This document shows, piece after piece, positions 37,903 to 46,955 of a stretch of DNA of 64,000 bases. Each line of letters begins with the position of its first letter. Position 1 is the stretch's first letter. The notes under the pieces are model-generated. The model was not told the origin of the DNA, made no database searches, and saw only the letters and a list, made by a program, of their open reading frames with translations. The position numbers were made by a program, and so were the translations under genes. Source of the stretch: Candidatus Hadarchaeum sp. (GTDB lineage: Archaea > Hadarchaeota > Hadarchaeia > Hadarchaeales > Hadarchaeaceae); assembly GCF_038871235.1 (NCBI RefSeq), contig NZ_JAVZIN010000001.1, positions 1 to 64,000 on the forward strand, in the 5' to 3' direction.

Positions 37903-39252
37903 TTATCGTTGTTGATCCTTTTCAACCTTCTTCAGTGACTCCTCAAATATTTCAAAGCCAACATCCGCCTGTTCCTCTGTGAGTATAAGTGGAGGCGCAA
38001 GCCTGAGCGATGAGGCACCTGCGCCCAGCAACACTAGTCCGTTCTTAAAGGCTTCCTCTATCAGCGCATTTCTGAAGTCCTTTGCGGGTTTCTTTGTGTG
38101 TCTGTCTTCTACGAACTCTATCCCAATCATCATACCCCTCCCGCGAACGTCACCAATGATTTCGTGGGATTCAGCTAGTTCCTTGAATCTCTTAAGCAGA
38201 TATCCACCAACCTTCGCCGCGTTCTGATCGAGCTTTTCCTCCTTCAGTATGTCCAATACTGCCAAAGCGGCCTCACAAATGACTGGGTTCCCACCTAACG
38301 TATTTTCATGCGCGTTAGGATCCCAGTCCATGAGTTCGGCGCGAGCGATTGCGGCACCACATGGGAGCCCCGCCGCCATCGCTTTAGACACAACCATAAC
38401 ATCCGGTTCTACTCCCACATGATCTGATGCCCACCACTTCCCGGTTCTACAGAAACCTGTCTGAACCTCATCCACAACGAAAATTATGTTGTTTCTCTTG
38501 CAGAGCTTAGCAAGCGTAGGCAAGTAGTCGTCAGGCGGGACGATGTATCCTCCGGCCCCCTGTATCGGCTCGATGAGCATGCAGGCGACATCGTCTGGCG
38601 GAACTACCTTCTTCAGAATAGTTTCCTCTATGAATTCTATACAGGCAAGTCCGCATCCCGGATATTCCTGCTTGAACGGGCAGCGGTAGCAATATGCGTA
38701 AGGCACATGGTAAACCCCCTGCATCATCCCTTTGAAGTGCCGGCGAGCGGAGACACTTGTTGTAGTCAGAGCTAGTGATCCCATTGTCCTCCCGTGAAAT
38801 CCGCCAATGAAGGCAATCACATAATAGTTGCGGGTTTGCCACTGAGCTATTTTCAGCGCACACTCAACCGCCTCCGTGCCGGAGTTGCCAAGAAAAACTC
38901 GCTTTTTGAACTTGCCCGGGGACAATTCGCACAATCGCTCCATCAGCTCGACCTGTGGGAGCGTATAAAAGTCGCAACTGTTTACAAAAATCAGCTTCTC
39001 TGCTTGGCGCTTAATGGCTTCGACGACTTTGGGATGTTTATGTCCAACGTTGGTCACAGCAATTCCGGAGCTGAAATCTAGAAAAATATTTCCATCAATA
39101 TCCTTTACCCATACCCCCTCTTCTTCCACCCCCACCAACGGGGCGGTCCTTGTCAGAGAAGGCGAACTCACAGCATGATCTCGCTCAATAAACGCTTTAG
39201 CCTTTGGCCCAGGCGGGTTCACAATAATTTTTGGTCTTTTCAAATTTTTCAA
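37903..39252 (-). CDS. Class III aminotransferase (4-aminobutyrate/acetylornithine family)
   Basis: PPGPKA, NSGTEA, FHGRT, EPIQG.GGY, DEVQTG..RTG, SKAMAAG motifs. Confidence 0.92.
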   Translation of the reverse strand: MKNLKRPKIIVNPPGPKAKAFIERDHAVSSPSLTRTAPLVGVEEEGVWVKDIDGNIFLDFSSGIAVTNVGHKHPKVVEAIKRQAEKLIFVNSCDFYTLPQVELMERLCELSPGKFKKRVFLGNSGTEAVECALKIAQWQTRNYYVIAFIGGFHGRTMGSLALTTTSVSARRHFKGMMQGVYHVPYAYCYRCPFKQEYPGCGLACIEFIEETILKKVVPPDDVACMLIEPIQGAGGYIVPPDDYLPTLAKLCKRNNIIFVVDEVQTGFCRTGKWWASDHVGVEPDVMVVSKAMAAGLPCGAAIARAELMDWDPNAHENTLGGNPVICEAALAVLDILKEEKLDQNAAKVGGYLLKRFKELAESHEIIGDVRGRGMMIGIEFVEDRHTKKPAKDFRNALIEEAFKNGLVLLGAGASSLRLAPPLILTEEQADVGFEIFEESLKKVEKDQQR

Positions 39253-39375
39253 TTATTGTTCCTCCTTCACTCCCGCATGTTCCCTGATAAATTTTTTCTG
39301 TTGTATAAAAGCGTTTGTCTCCTCAATCAATATAGAAAAAAATATATTATAAAGTATAGATATACTTAAATAGAT

Positions 39376-39912
39376 ATGTTCTATTGTATTCTATGGAGGG
39401 CTGACATGTCTCCTGTAAAAAAAGAGGATGTTTATGGTCTATTTTTACAAGAAAAGCCAAAAGAAATAATTGTTTACCTAAAGAAGGAAAATAAACCTCT
39501 TTATACTTCAATAATATCTAAAAAAGTAGATTCTACATATGCACACACGTTTAACATCATTTCTGAGCTGGAAAAGCTAAAATTAGTTTCTTTTAAGGAA
39601 TCGGGGAGAATAAAGCTAGTTAAATTGACAGAACTGGGCGAGGAAGTGGCCAAGACCATCATCAACCTCTTGGATCTTTTGAAGTTGGCAGAATTGGAAA
39701 AAGAGCTTTTTAAAATATATGACAAGGAAATAAAAGGAAAATTGAGGGAACAAATGAATAAAGAGTCGATAAATAGGCAATTAAATAAGTTAAAGGATGA
39801 AATAAACACATCTTTCAAGGAAAGTCCCGAAAATATTTCTATCTTGGCTAAGAAGCTATTGAAAAAAATTGACGGCATATTGGCGGAAGTTTTCGGGTAT
39901 ATTCCTGGATAA
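39376..39912 (+). CDS. Winged-HTH transcriptional regulator (MarR-like), AT-rich
   Basis: YTSIISKKVDSTYAH...LEKLKLV...GRIKLVKLTELG. Confidence 0.8.
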   Translation: MFYCILWRADMSPVKKEDVYGLFLQEKPKEIIVYLKKENKPLYTSIISKKVDSTYAHTFNIISELEKLKLVSFKESGRIKLVKLTELGEEVAKTIINLLDLLKLAELEKELFKIYDKEIKGKLREQMNKESINRQLNKLKDEINTSFKESPENISILAKKLLKKIDGILAEVFGYIPG

Positions 39913-40157
39913 AACAGATCTTCTAGGGTGTAAAAATGACTCTTGTAGAGTAACAATCCGAAAAGAGTGGGTTTCTGAAAATAAAATTTTTGCTTGCTGG
40001 ATCCCCATGAAGTCGGTTATTTACCCTGTATAAGGTAATTCAAAAATAGGAAAAATCGGTGCTCATGAAAGAAAAATACCCTTAAAGAGTGTTAAAATTA
40101 CCCACCATAAGGCTTAAATATTGAAATTACTCATTAATAAAGTGAAAATTACTTAGG

Positions 40158-40517
40158 ATGAGTGATAGTTTGGAAGAAAGGGGAGGGGCAGAAAAACTGT
40201 TGGCGCTGGCCTATGGAAATCATCCCAAGAGTTCATCCCTGAAGCCGGAAGCGTTGAAGGTGATGAGATCGCTAAGGGAGGGCGCGAAGAACATCGATGA
40301 GCTAGCGGCAGTGTTGGGGTTGGATCTAAAAACGGCCGGGGGGCGCAAGCATTTTTATGTGCTGATGAAACCATTGCGGGAGACTGGGATGGTCGCCACG
40401 AGAAAGTCAGGGGGCAAGACAGTTTACTATCTGAGCTATGATGGGTTCAACCAGTTTCTCCGCGACATAAGAAAGGAGGCCGAGTATTGGCTGGTCCCTG
40501 AGGCGCATCAAGGTTAA
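40158..40517 (+). CDS. Winged-HTH domain protein
   Basis: KNIDELAAVLG...LRETGMV..RK.G...YYLS. Confidence 0.7.
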   Translation: MSDSLEERGGAEKLLALAYGNHPKSSSLKPEALKVMRSLREGAKNIDELAAVLGLDLKTAGGRKHFYVLMKPLRETGMVATRKSGGKTVYYLSYDGFNQFLRDIRKEAEYWLVPEAHQG

Positions 40518-40527
40518 AATAGGGGGA

Positions 40528-40875
40528 GTGTTAGTAAAAGGCGGTGGAAATTTGACCCGCAAGACAGGCAAGATGGCCGTGAAGGCCAGACAACTGGCCC
40601 GTTCCGCGAAGCTGGCCAGGTACAAGCGTGAGCTGTCACAGGCTGGGGTAAGCCTGAGCCTGCCCAAGCCTTCGAAAAAGGCCTTGAAAGAGAAGGAAGA
40701 GGAACTCAAGAAGCTTTACATGGAGCTCGTCCCGCAGAAAGCGGAGGAGAAAACCGAGGAAGAACAGCCCGTTGAGGAGCAAACTGAGCAGGCTTACGAA
40801 GAACAAACCGAAGAGGAGCAGCCAGGGTCTGAGGAAGACACCGGTTTTGAGGATCAAGACCAGTATGACACCTGA
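40528..40875 (+). CDS. Hypothetical protein with basic N-terminus and acidic tail
   Basis: Open frame within a + strand gene run; strong compositional polarity. Confidence 0.65.
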   Translation: MLVKGGGNLTRKTGKMAVKARQLARSAKLARYKRELSQAGVSLSLPKPSKKALKEKEEELKKLYMELVPQKAEEKTEEEQPVEEQTEQAYEEQTEEEQPGSEEDTGFEDQDQYDT

Positions 40876-41434
40876 GCGCAGACGATTGAGGCTAGCCGGA
40901 GTCTGCGGAATTGCGGCACCGGTAGTGGCTCTTTTGTTCATCTTCTCAGCGATATCGCTTTCGCCTTGGTTTAGCTGGACGGCGAATGCCCTCAGCGATT
41001 TGGGCGTTGGAGAAGCCGCTCTAGTCTTCAACTCTGGATTGGTGCTGGGAGGATTTCTGGCGACGGTTTTTGCCGCGATAATGCTCTCGATCTATCAAGA
41101 TAGAATCCGGCGCGTGGGTGGTTTGGTTTTTTTACTGGGCACCATCTCCCTTATCGGAATCGGGATATTTTCCGAGGCGGCAGGGCGAATCCACTTTTAC
41201 TTTTCAGTGGCCTTTTTTGTGCTGGTACCTATCTCCTTCTGGATTTTGGGTATCGGCATATTGCGCTCGGGTCATAAGAATTGGGGGGTGCTGACGGTCG
41301 TACTTGGAGTAGTTGGTGCCCTGCCCTGGGTTTACCACTGGACCGCCGTGGCGATTCCTGAGCTGTTATCGGCCCTATGTTTTACTGCTTGGAGCCTCGT
41401 CCAAGGTGCGAGGTTTTACTTAGGCCGGCCATAA
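40865..41434 (+). CDS. DUF998-like membrane protein
   Basis: SPWFSW..NALSDLG, FNSGL, IGIF.E, H...S..FF motifs. Confidence 0.85.
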   Translation: MTPERRRLRLAGVCGIAAPVVALLFIFSAISLSPWFSWTANALSDLGVGEAALVFNSGLVLGGFLATVFAAIMLSIYQDRIRRVGGLVFLLGTISLIGIGIFSEAAGRIHFYFSVAFFVLVPISFWILGIGILRSGHKNWGVLTVVLGVVGALPWVYHWTAVAIPELLSALCFTAWSLVQGARFYLGRP

Positions 41435-41442
41435 CCGTCGAT

Positions 41443-42165
41443 TTAAAAAATCGTCTGTGAAGGAAAAACAGATCTCAAGCATTTCTGCGTGAAAAACCAG
41501 TGTTCAAAGAGTTTTTTCTCCATCTCCCGGTAATTACTGAACTCACTGCTAACTAGCGACCAGAACCCTTTACCGTGACCCCTTTCCCGCAGGTGAGCTA
41601 CTTCATGGCAGGCCAAGTACCAGACCAGTTCCTTGGGCAGAAGAACGAGTCGGAGGTTAAAGTTCAAATTACCCCGGAAGGAGCAGCTGCCCCACTTGCT
41701 CCGGTGTCTTTTAATGCAGACCCTCCTGAAGTTAACCCCAAATCGGGCGCTGTAGTAAGCCACCGCTTTATGTAGTTCCTCGGCGAGCATTTTCTTGAGC
41801 ATGGCCGCCAGTCTTTTTTTCTGAATAGCGTCGTCTAGGTCTAGTTCAATTATCCTCTTTATCGGATCAAAGACCAATGATTTGCCCCGTTGGATTTCGA
41901 AGAATTCTCCGAAGATGGGCAGAGTGTTGGGCCCCACCGTCTGTTTGCTCAACCTCTCAAGGGCGGACTTTATTTGTAAGTGTTTTTTTGAGATCCAACC
42001 AATTTTTTCCCTGAGCAGGGGGGTTTCATCGCCCCAGCCTAGCGGAAGGACGATCAGCAGCTCTCCAGCCCTGAATTCCAGCCGCGGGTTTCTAATTCTC
42101 CGGTGTTCGACTGAGTAGGGTAGAAGATCTCCATTGACCCGAATGAATTTCTCGTTTTTTACCAT
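41443..42165 (-). CDS. YgjP/DUF45 metallopeptidase-like protein
   Basis: SKWGSCS, NFNLRL, HEVAHL, H...FW motifs. Confidence 0.9.
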   Translation of the reverse strand: MVKNEKFIRVNGDLLPYSVEHRRIRNPRLEFRAGELLIVLPLGWGDETPLLREKIGWISKKHLQIKSALERLSKQTVGPNTLPIFGEFFEIQRGKSLVFDPIKRIIELDLDDAIQKKRLAAMLKKMLAEELHKAVAYYSARFGVNFRRVCIKRHRSKWGSCSFRGNLNFNLRLVLLPKELVWYLACHEVAHLRERGHGKGFWSLVSSEFSNYREMEKKLFEHWFFTQKCLRSVFPSQTIF

Positions 42166-42228
42166 GCCTTCACCAGCGAGCTTTATTTGAATTATTCCCG
42201 GATAAAATAAAACGAACGAACGCCTATA

Positions 42229-42882
42229 ATGACTGGGGCGGATGCGATGGTAAGGATAATCTCCTTTGACTTAGACGGGACCTTGGTGGACTGGACGTTC
42301 GCCGACGCCTTCTGGTTTGATTGCATGGCTAGGTTGTACTCGGAGCGCTGGGGCCTGAGCGTCCCAGAGGCGCTTCGTGAAATCAGGAGAAGATATGATG
42401 AGGTAGGCATGGACAATCTGGCTTGGTACAACATCGGTTACTGGTGGAAGGAGTTCGGCTTTGAAGGCAGCTGGAGAGAATTAATCGAGGAGTGTCGTCC
42501 TAAGGTCAGGCCGTACCCAGATGCTCGGGAGGCGCTGGAGCGACTTCACCAGAAGTTCAGGCTCATCGTCATCACGAATGGCATCAGGGAGCTGGCCGAG
42601 GTCGAGGTTAAGGAATCGGGTTTTGAGAAATATTTCGACCGGGTTTTTTCTGCAACCACAGACTTTGGTTTGGTGAAAAAGACCGGGGAGTTCTACCTGA
42701 AGGTCTTGGCGGAGATGGACGCCCCTGCCGACGAGGTGGTTCACATCGGCGATAACTACGTTTTTGATTACTTGGCGCCGCGGGAGGCAGGAATAAAGGC
42801 CTTCTTTCTCGACCGCGAGGGAAAGCACTCCGGAGATTTTGTCGTCCGAGATCTTCTGGAGTTCACAAGTAGACTGCTGTAG
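42229..42882 (+). CDS. HAD-superfamily hydrolase
   Basis: FDLDGTL, ITNG, HIGDN..FD motifs. Confidence 0.92.
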   Translation: MTGADAMVRIISFDLDGTLVDWTFADAFWFDCMARLYSERWGLSVPEALREIRRRYDEVGMDNLAWYNIGYWWKEFGFEGSWRELIEECRPKVRPYPDAREALERLHQKFRLIVITNGIRELAEVEVKESGFEKYFDRVFSATTDFGLVKKTGEFYLKVLAEMDAPADEVVHIGDNYVFDYLAPREAGIKAFFLDREGKHSGDFVVRDLLEFTSRLL

Positions 42883-42977
42883 GGCGGTTCACAAGCCTTT
42901 ATTAAACAGTTGCTGAGTTTTGGAGATAAGATAGACGCCACGTGGAGAAATTTAAAATACTAGATAGCCTACTTTAG

Positions 42978-43703
42978 CTAACCCACTGTTTTATTGGGAA
43001 CATTGGGTATCGGTTCGCCACCTTGAGTTAGATTGATGATCTTGGCCCCAAGCTCGGAGGAGAGCCAGCCAAGCAGCTCCCTGCATATTTCCAGCTTGAG
43101 TAGCTTGCGCGCTCTATTTTTCCTGCCGGAGTACTTCCCTATCTTTGTGCCGAGGTTCATGCCAGCGAGGTAGATCTCTTTCGCTCCCAGTTCCGCGGCC
43201 ATGAAGGCGGCCCGATCACCGTCCGTGAATCCACCGAAGTTGAAGAGTTTTCCAATTGGTTTTGTCTGGGTGGTGCCAATTATGCGCTCTAACAGCCTGG
43301 GGACGTATTTGCGGAGCCGGGCAATGTTATCTCCGTGACCGTGGACAACTAACCAGCTGCCATTTTTCCAAGCTCTAAGTTGGTCACCGATGGCGCCATC
43401 AAGGTCGGTGACGATGATTTCAGGATTTCGATATCGAATAACCGCCGATGTGGCTCCATCTGCCGGGATCAGGACTTTGTCCAGATAGCCCGCCCGTTTA
43501 AGCCTTTTCAAATCCTCTTCAAGCGATGGACCAGCCCCCAAGACGAGGCACTCATGACCCCTGATAATTTCTGCTAGCCTCTTGAGGTTTGGCTCCGGCA
43601 AAAGGCAATTCAGCAACTTGGCGGCTTCTAGATCCGCCTGCTCATCCAGCTTGAGTTTTTCCACGATCTCATGATACCAAGGTCTCCATTTCTCCCATTG
43701 CAT
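42978..43703 (-). CDS. mptE: 6-hydroxymethyl-7,8-dihydropterin diphosphokinase (DUF115)
   Basis: GAGPSL, ADGA, VTDLDG, HGHGDN, GTTQ, NFGGFTDGDRA motifs. Confidence 0.9.
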   Translation of the reverse strand: MQWEKWRPWYHEIVEKLKLDEQADLEAAKLLNCLLPEPNLKRLAEIIRGHECLVLGAGPSLEEDLKRLKRAGYLDKVLIPADGATSAVIRYRNPEIIVTDLDGAIGDQLRAWKNGSWLVVHGHGDNIARLRKYVPRLLERIIGTTQTKPIGKLFNFGGFTDGDRAAFMAAELGAKEIYLAGMNLGTKIGKYSGRKNRARKLLKLEICRELLGWLSSELGAKIINLTQGGEPIPNVPNKTVG

Positions 43704-43709
43704 CAGGTC

Positions 43710-44081
43710 TCACCCCACGATCTCCAGCTCTATCTTCTCTCCCTGGTGGTTGTAAGCCTTCCAGGATTTTTCGTCGTAAGGAGAGGCGACTATTATGTGG
43801 ACACGGCCGAACTTCGCGAACAAGAGAAGGTCGTCCTCAGATGGCGTGGCTGCTGGTGAGGGGTGACTGTGAACGGTGCCGCAGGCGCTGGGGTCAATTG
43901 GCAGCATGTGGAGACGGAGGACCGCGGATTCCTCCGAGGAAAGCGTCCCGGGCAGCACCAGCACCTCCTTTATCACACCTCCTTTTGCCCTCAGAACTCC
44001 GGCAAACTCCCTAGGGTAGCTGGAGCGCGAAACCGCCAGGATGAATTTCAGCGTTTCCCGGTCAATCTTGTCGACCTTCAT
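43710..44081 (-). CDS. JAMM/MPN+ metalloprotease
   Basis: YPREFAG.L and HSHP....PSEDDL motifs. Confidence 0.92.
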   Translation of the reverse strand: MKVDKIDRETLKFILAVSRSSYPREFAGVLRAKGGVIKEVLVLPGTLSSEESAVLRLHMLPIDPSACGTVHSHPSPAATPSEDDLLLFAKFGRVHIIVASPYDEKSWKAYNHQGEKIELEIVG

Positions 44082-44092
44082 TTCAGACACCT

Positions 44093-45958
44093 TTAAAGCC
44101 CGCCGTAAATCGTTTCGTATTGGGCCAGCACCTCTTGCCATGTCTCCTCGATCCTTGAGTAGATGTTGTTTTCGTATTCCTGCCTCCTGAAATAACCTGC
44201 AGTGGGATCGGCGAAAAGCCAGCCCTCGCCAAAGATATAAACCTCGGCCCAGGCGTGCCCCACGAGGTATTTTCCCTCGGAGGTCACACCAGCGATATCC
44301 GAGAATGGCGGTTCAACCTGGTCAAAGATCAGGAAACCGGTGACGCGTCTAGCTGGCAAGCCGGCAGTTCTCATGAGGGCTAAGTAAAGATTGGCTTTAT
44401 CCAAGCACTTCCCGGTTCTCATCTCCAAAACCTCTTCCGAAGTGAACCAGCCTAAGACTAGAGGGTAGGGATACGATATGTTTTTGTAGACCCATCCGCA
44501 GGCATTTTCAGCGAATTGTTCGGCTGCCCCGGATTGTCTTAGCTCTGAGATAATTTGATTCACCCTGTCTGTCCCTGTGATGACGTACTTTTCTCCGAGT
44601 GTGAAATAAGCCAGATAGGCCGGAACTTCAACGCCGCCCTTCAACAGAAATCCCGTGGGTGTGGGTAAAAATTTCAATTGGCCGGGCAAGATTCCTTGTT
44701 CTCGGTGGGAGGAAATGGCCCGGAGAAAGGTGAGCAAGGCGTCTCTGGGTCTCACGCTGCCGATCGGACTGTCAATGCTCTCGGGCGATTTCCCGGTCGA
44801 GTTGATGCGGTCGCGGACATCTCGGGCCAGAGCCACCAGTTCCTCTGTGGTTAGTGTTTTCAGGAAGGCGTCCCAGTCTCCTTTTTCAGCTTCTGGTGGC
44901 GTCACGGGGATGGGGTTTTTGCCACTGAGCAACGGCCCAGTGCCGTTTTCGTAAATTTTGATGATTTGCAGCGCCGAATAGTAAAGCAGTTGATGGGTTG
45001 AGAGGTTAAGCTCGATTCCATCCAGAAAAACGTCATATGAGTTTCTTTCCCTTCCAAACTTCATCTCAGCAGCTATCCCAGTCGCGATATCCTCAAAGCT
45101 CACAGGCGGTGGAACATCCGTGTACTCAATGCTGACGAACCTAGTATTTTCTAAAAGTTCCTCAGCCGAGATCGAAAGGGGGTGGGAAGTAACTGTGAGA
45201 AGATCTTCCATCACCACGGCCTGTGCCTCCTCAACATCAGTGATGTGAAAGATGAAGGTTTCCTTAGTACCGCCGCCGAAGTCAATGATATATCTGAAAG
45301 TCGCGTCTCTAGGACTGACAATTTTGGCCCCATAGGGCAGGAGGTAGGTCATTGTGGAAACGATGTTGAGCTGGCAGACCTCAGAGGGGTCATTGGAGAA
45401 GAGGGAAAGGCTGCCCTGCAGGTCCTTGATCTGGTTCAAAGTGTTGCGGGCATAGGTCTCTGCATCAACGGGCTCGATGGTGATCTTCCATAGCCCGTTT
45501 TCCCAGTGGGCCAGTTGCGTTACCGTCCATTCTGCCGTTATCCTAAGATCATTGCCCACTCCTAAGTTAACGAGGTCGCAGCGGGTGACCTCGATCTCTT
45601 GGCCAAAGACGGCGTAGGAGCCCTTCAGCTCCGCGATGTACATTTGTCGGGCATTTTCTATACCAATTCCATGAACTAGAGTACCGCCAATTGTCCCGCC
45701 CGTAAAGGACAAAACGTTTAGATCGGTGAATTCCGATGCTGGCATCACCATGTTCCATTCCGCTTCTGCACCGCCGCCTTCCGCTATTCTGAAAATCGTG
45801 TTCTCATAGTAGTAGAATACCTTTGACTTTTCTTCCGGCTGGGGCAACGGAGATCTCGTCAGAATCTGGATGCTTACGGCCGATACCAAAATGACGGCAA
45901 AACTCACGATTAGGATAAGTAGCCCTGCCGTCACCTTTCTCGTTTTACCTACCTCCAA
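44093..45958 (-). CDS. Membrane-anchored transglutaminase-like protein with pseudomurein-binding-repeat-like segments
   Basis: N-terminal TM; GKCLDKA / GHAWAEV / ADPT Cys-His-Asp triad; PMBR-like middle region. Confidence 0.8.
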   Translation of the reverse strand: MEVGKTRKVTAGLLILIVSFAVILVSAVSIQILTRSPLPQPEEKSKVFYYYENTIFRIAEGGGAEAEWNMVMPASEFTDLNVLSFTGGTIGGTLVHGIGIENARQMYIAELKGSYAVFGQEIEVTRCDLVNLGVGNDLRITAEWTVTQLAHWENGLWKITIEPVDAETYARNTLNQIKDLQGSLSLFSNDPSEVCQLNIVSTMTYLLPYGAKIVSPRDATFRYIIDFGGGTKETFIFHITDVEEAQAVVMEDLLTVTSHPLSISAEELLENTRFVSIEYTDVPPPVSFEDIATGIAAEMKFGRERNSYDVFLDGIELNLSTHQLLYYSALQIIKIYENGTGPLLSGKNPIPVTPPEAEKGDWDAFLKTLTTEELVALARDVRDRINSTGKSPESIDSPIGSVRPRDALLTFLRAISSHREQGILPGQLKFLPTPTGFLLKGGVEVPAYLAYFTLGEKYVITGTDRVNQIISELRQSGAAEQFAENACGWVYKNISYPYPLVLGWFTSEEVLEMRTGKCLDKANLYLALMRTAGLPARRVTGFLIFDQVEPPFSDIAGVTSEGKYLVGHAWAEVYIFGEGWLFADPTAGYFRRQEYENNIYSRIEETWQEVLAQYETIYGGL

Positions 45959-46955
45959 TGTCGGCTCGTGCCCTTCTCACCGCTTCGACCATGTTTTTCA
46001 GCTTGGCCACGGCCTCTTCCTTGGAGCGGGTCTTCAGGCCGCAGTCTGGGTCTATCCAGAGCTGCTCGGGTTGGAGAACTTCTAGGGCTCTTTTGATCCT
46101 TCTCTCGATGGTTTCCACACTTTCCACCTCGTGGGAATGGACGTCCAAAACCCCGAAGGAGAGGTCTTTGGTGAACGGATGCACCCGGAATAGCTCAACG
46201 AGGTCAAGTTCCGAATTCGACATCTCTAGGTCGAAGTTGTCCACCGGCAGCTTGAGCATCTCCGGGTAGATGAATTCAAAAGCGCCGTAACAGATGTGGC
46301 AGATGAAATAGGCGTCGATGCCACGGGTAACAGTCTGAATGGCTTCGATGGCGAACTCGGAGAGTTCCTCGGGCCTGGCCGATATTGCCGGTTCATCAAT
46401 TTGGATTATCTTGGCTCCAGCATTGGAGAGGGCCTTGACTTCCTGGTGCAGTGCCTTGGCCAGCGCCAAACAGGCATCCCGCCTTGAGGGATAGTATTCA
46501 TTGAAGGACCAGTCCATCATGGTGTAGGGCCCGGTTATCATGCCTTTGAGCGGCTTCTTCGTCAGGCCTTGGGCGAATTTCCACCAGTCCACCGTGATCG
46601 GGCCTTTCCACCTGATTTCACCCGCGATGACGGGCTTTCGGTAGTAGCGGTTACCGTAGCTGCGGACCAGCCCACTGGTCTTGAACCCCTCCAAGTGTTC
46701 GGCAAAATAGGCGGCCATGTCCCCGCGGTACATCTCCCCGTCGACGAGGACATCGATGCCCAGCTCCTCTTGAGTCGCTATCCACTCTTCCGTTGCCTTT
46801 TTCTCCAGCGCCCTGAGTTCAGCTGCTCCTATCTTCTTCGCCGAGAACTTCTGCCTAGCCTCAAGAATGTAAGGGGGCTTGGGCAGGCTCCCCACTGAAG
46901 TCGTGGGCAGTAGCGGCAGATTGATTCCGAGTCTCTCCAGTTTTTCCCGCATCAA
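45945..46955 (-). CDS. metE: Cobalamin-independent methionine synthase, catalytic (C-terminal) half
   Basis: PTTSVGSLP, DGEMYR, TGPYT, QIDEPA, HICYG, PDCGLKT zinc motifs. Confidence 0.9.
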   Translation of the reverse strand: MMREKLERLGINLPLLPTTSVGSLPKPPYILEARQKFSAKKIGAAELRALEKKATEEWIATQEELGIDVLVDGEMYRGDMAAYFAEHLEGFKTSGLVRSYGNRYYRKPVIAGEIRWKGPITVDWWKFAQGLTKKPLKGMITGPYTMMDWSFNEYYPSRRDACLALAKALHQEVKALSNAGAKIIQIDEPAISARPEELSEFAIEAIQTVTRGIDAYFICHICYGAFEFIYPEMLKLPVDNFDLEMSNSELDLVELFRVHPFTKDLSFGVLDVHSHEVESVETIERRIKRALEVLQPEQLWIDPDCGLKTRSKEEAVAKLKNMVEAVRRARADIGGR

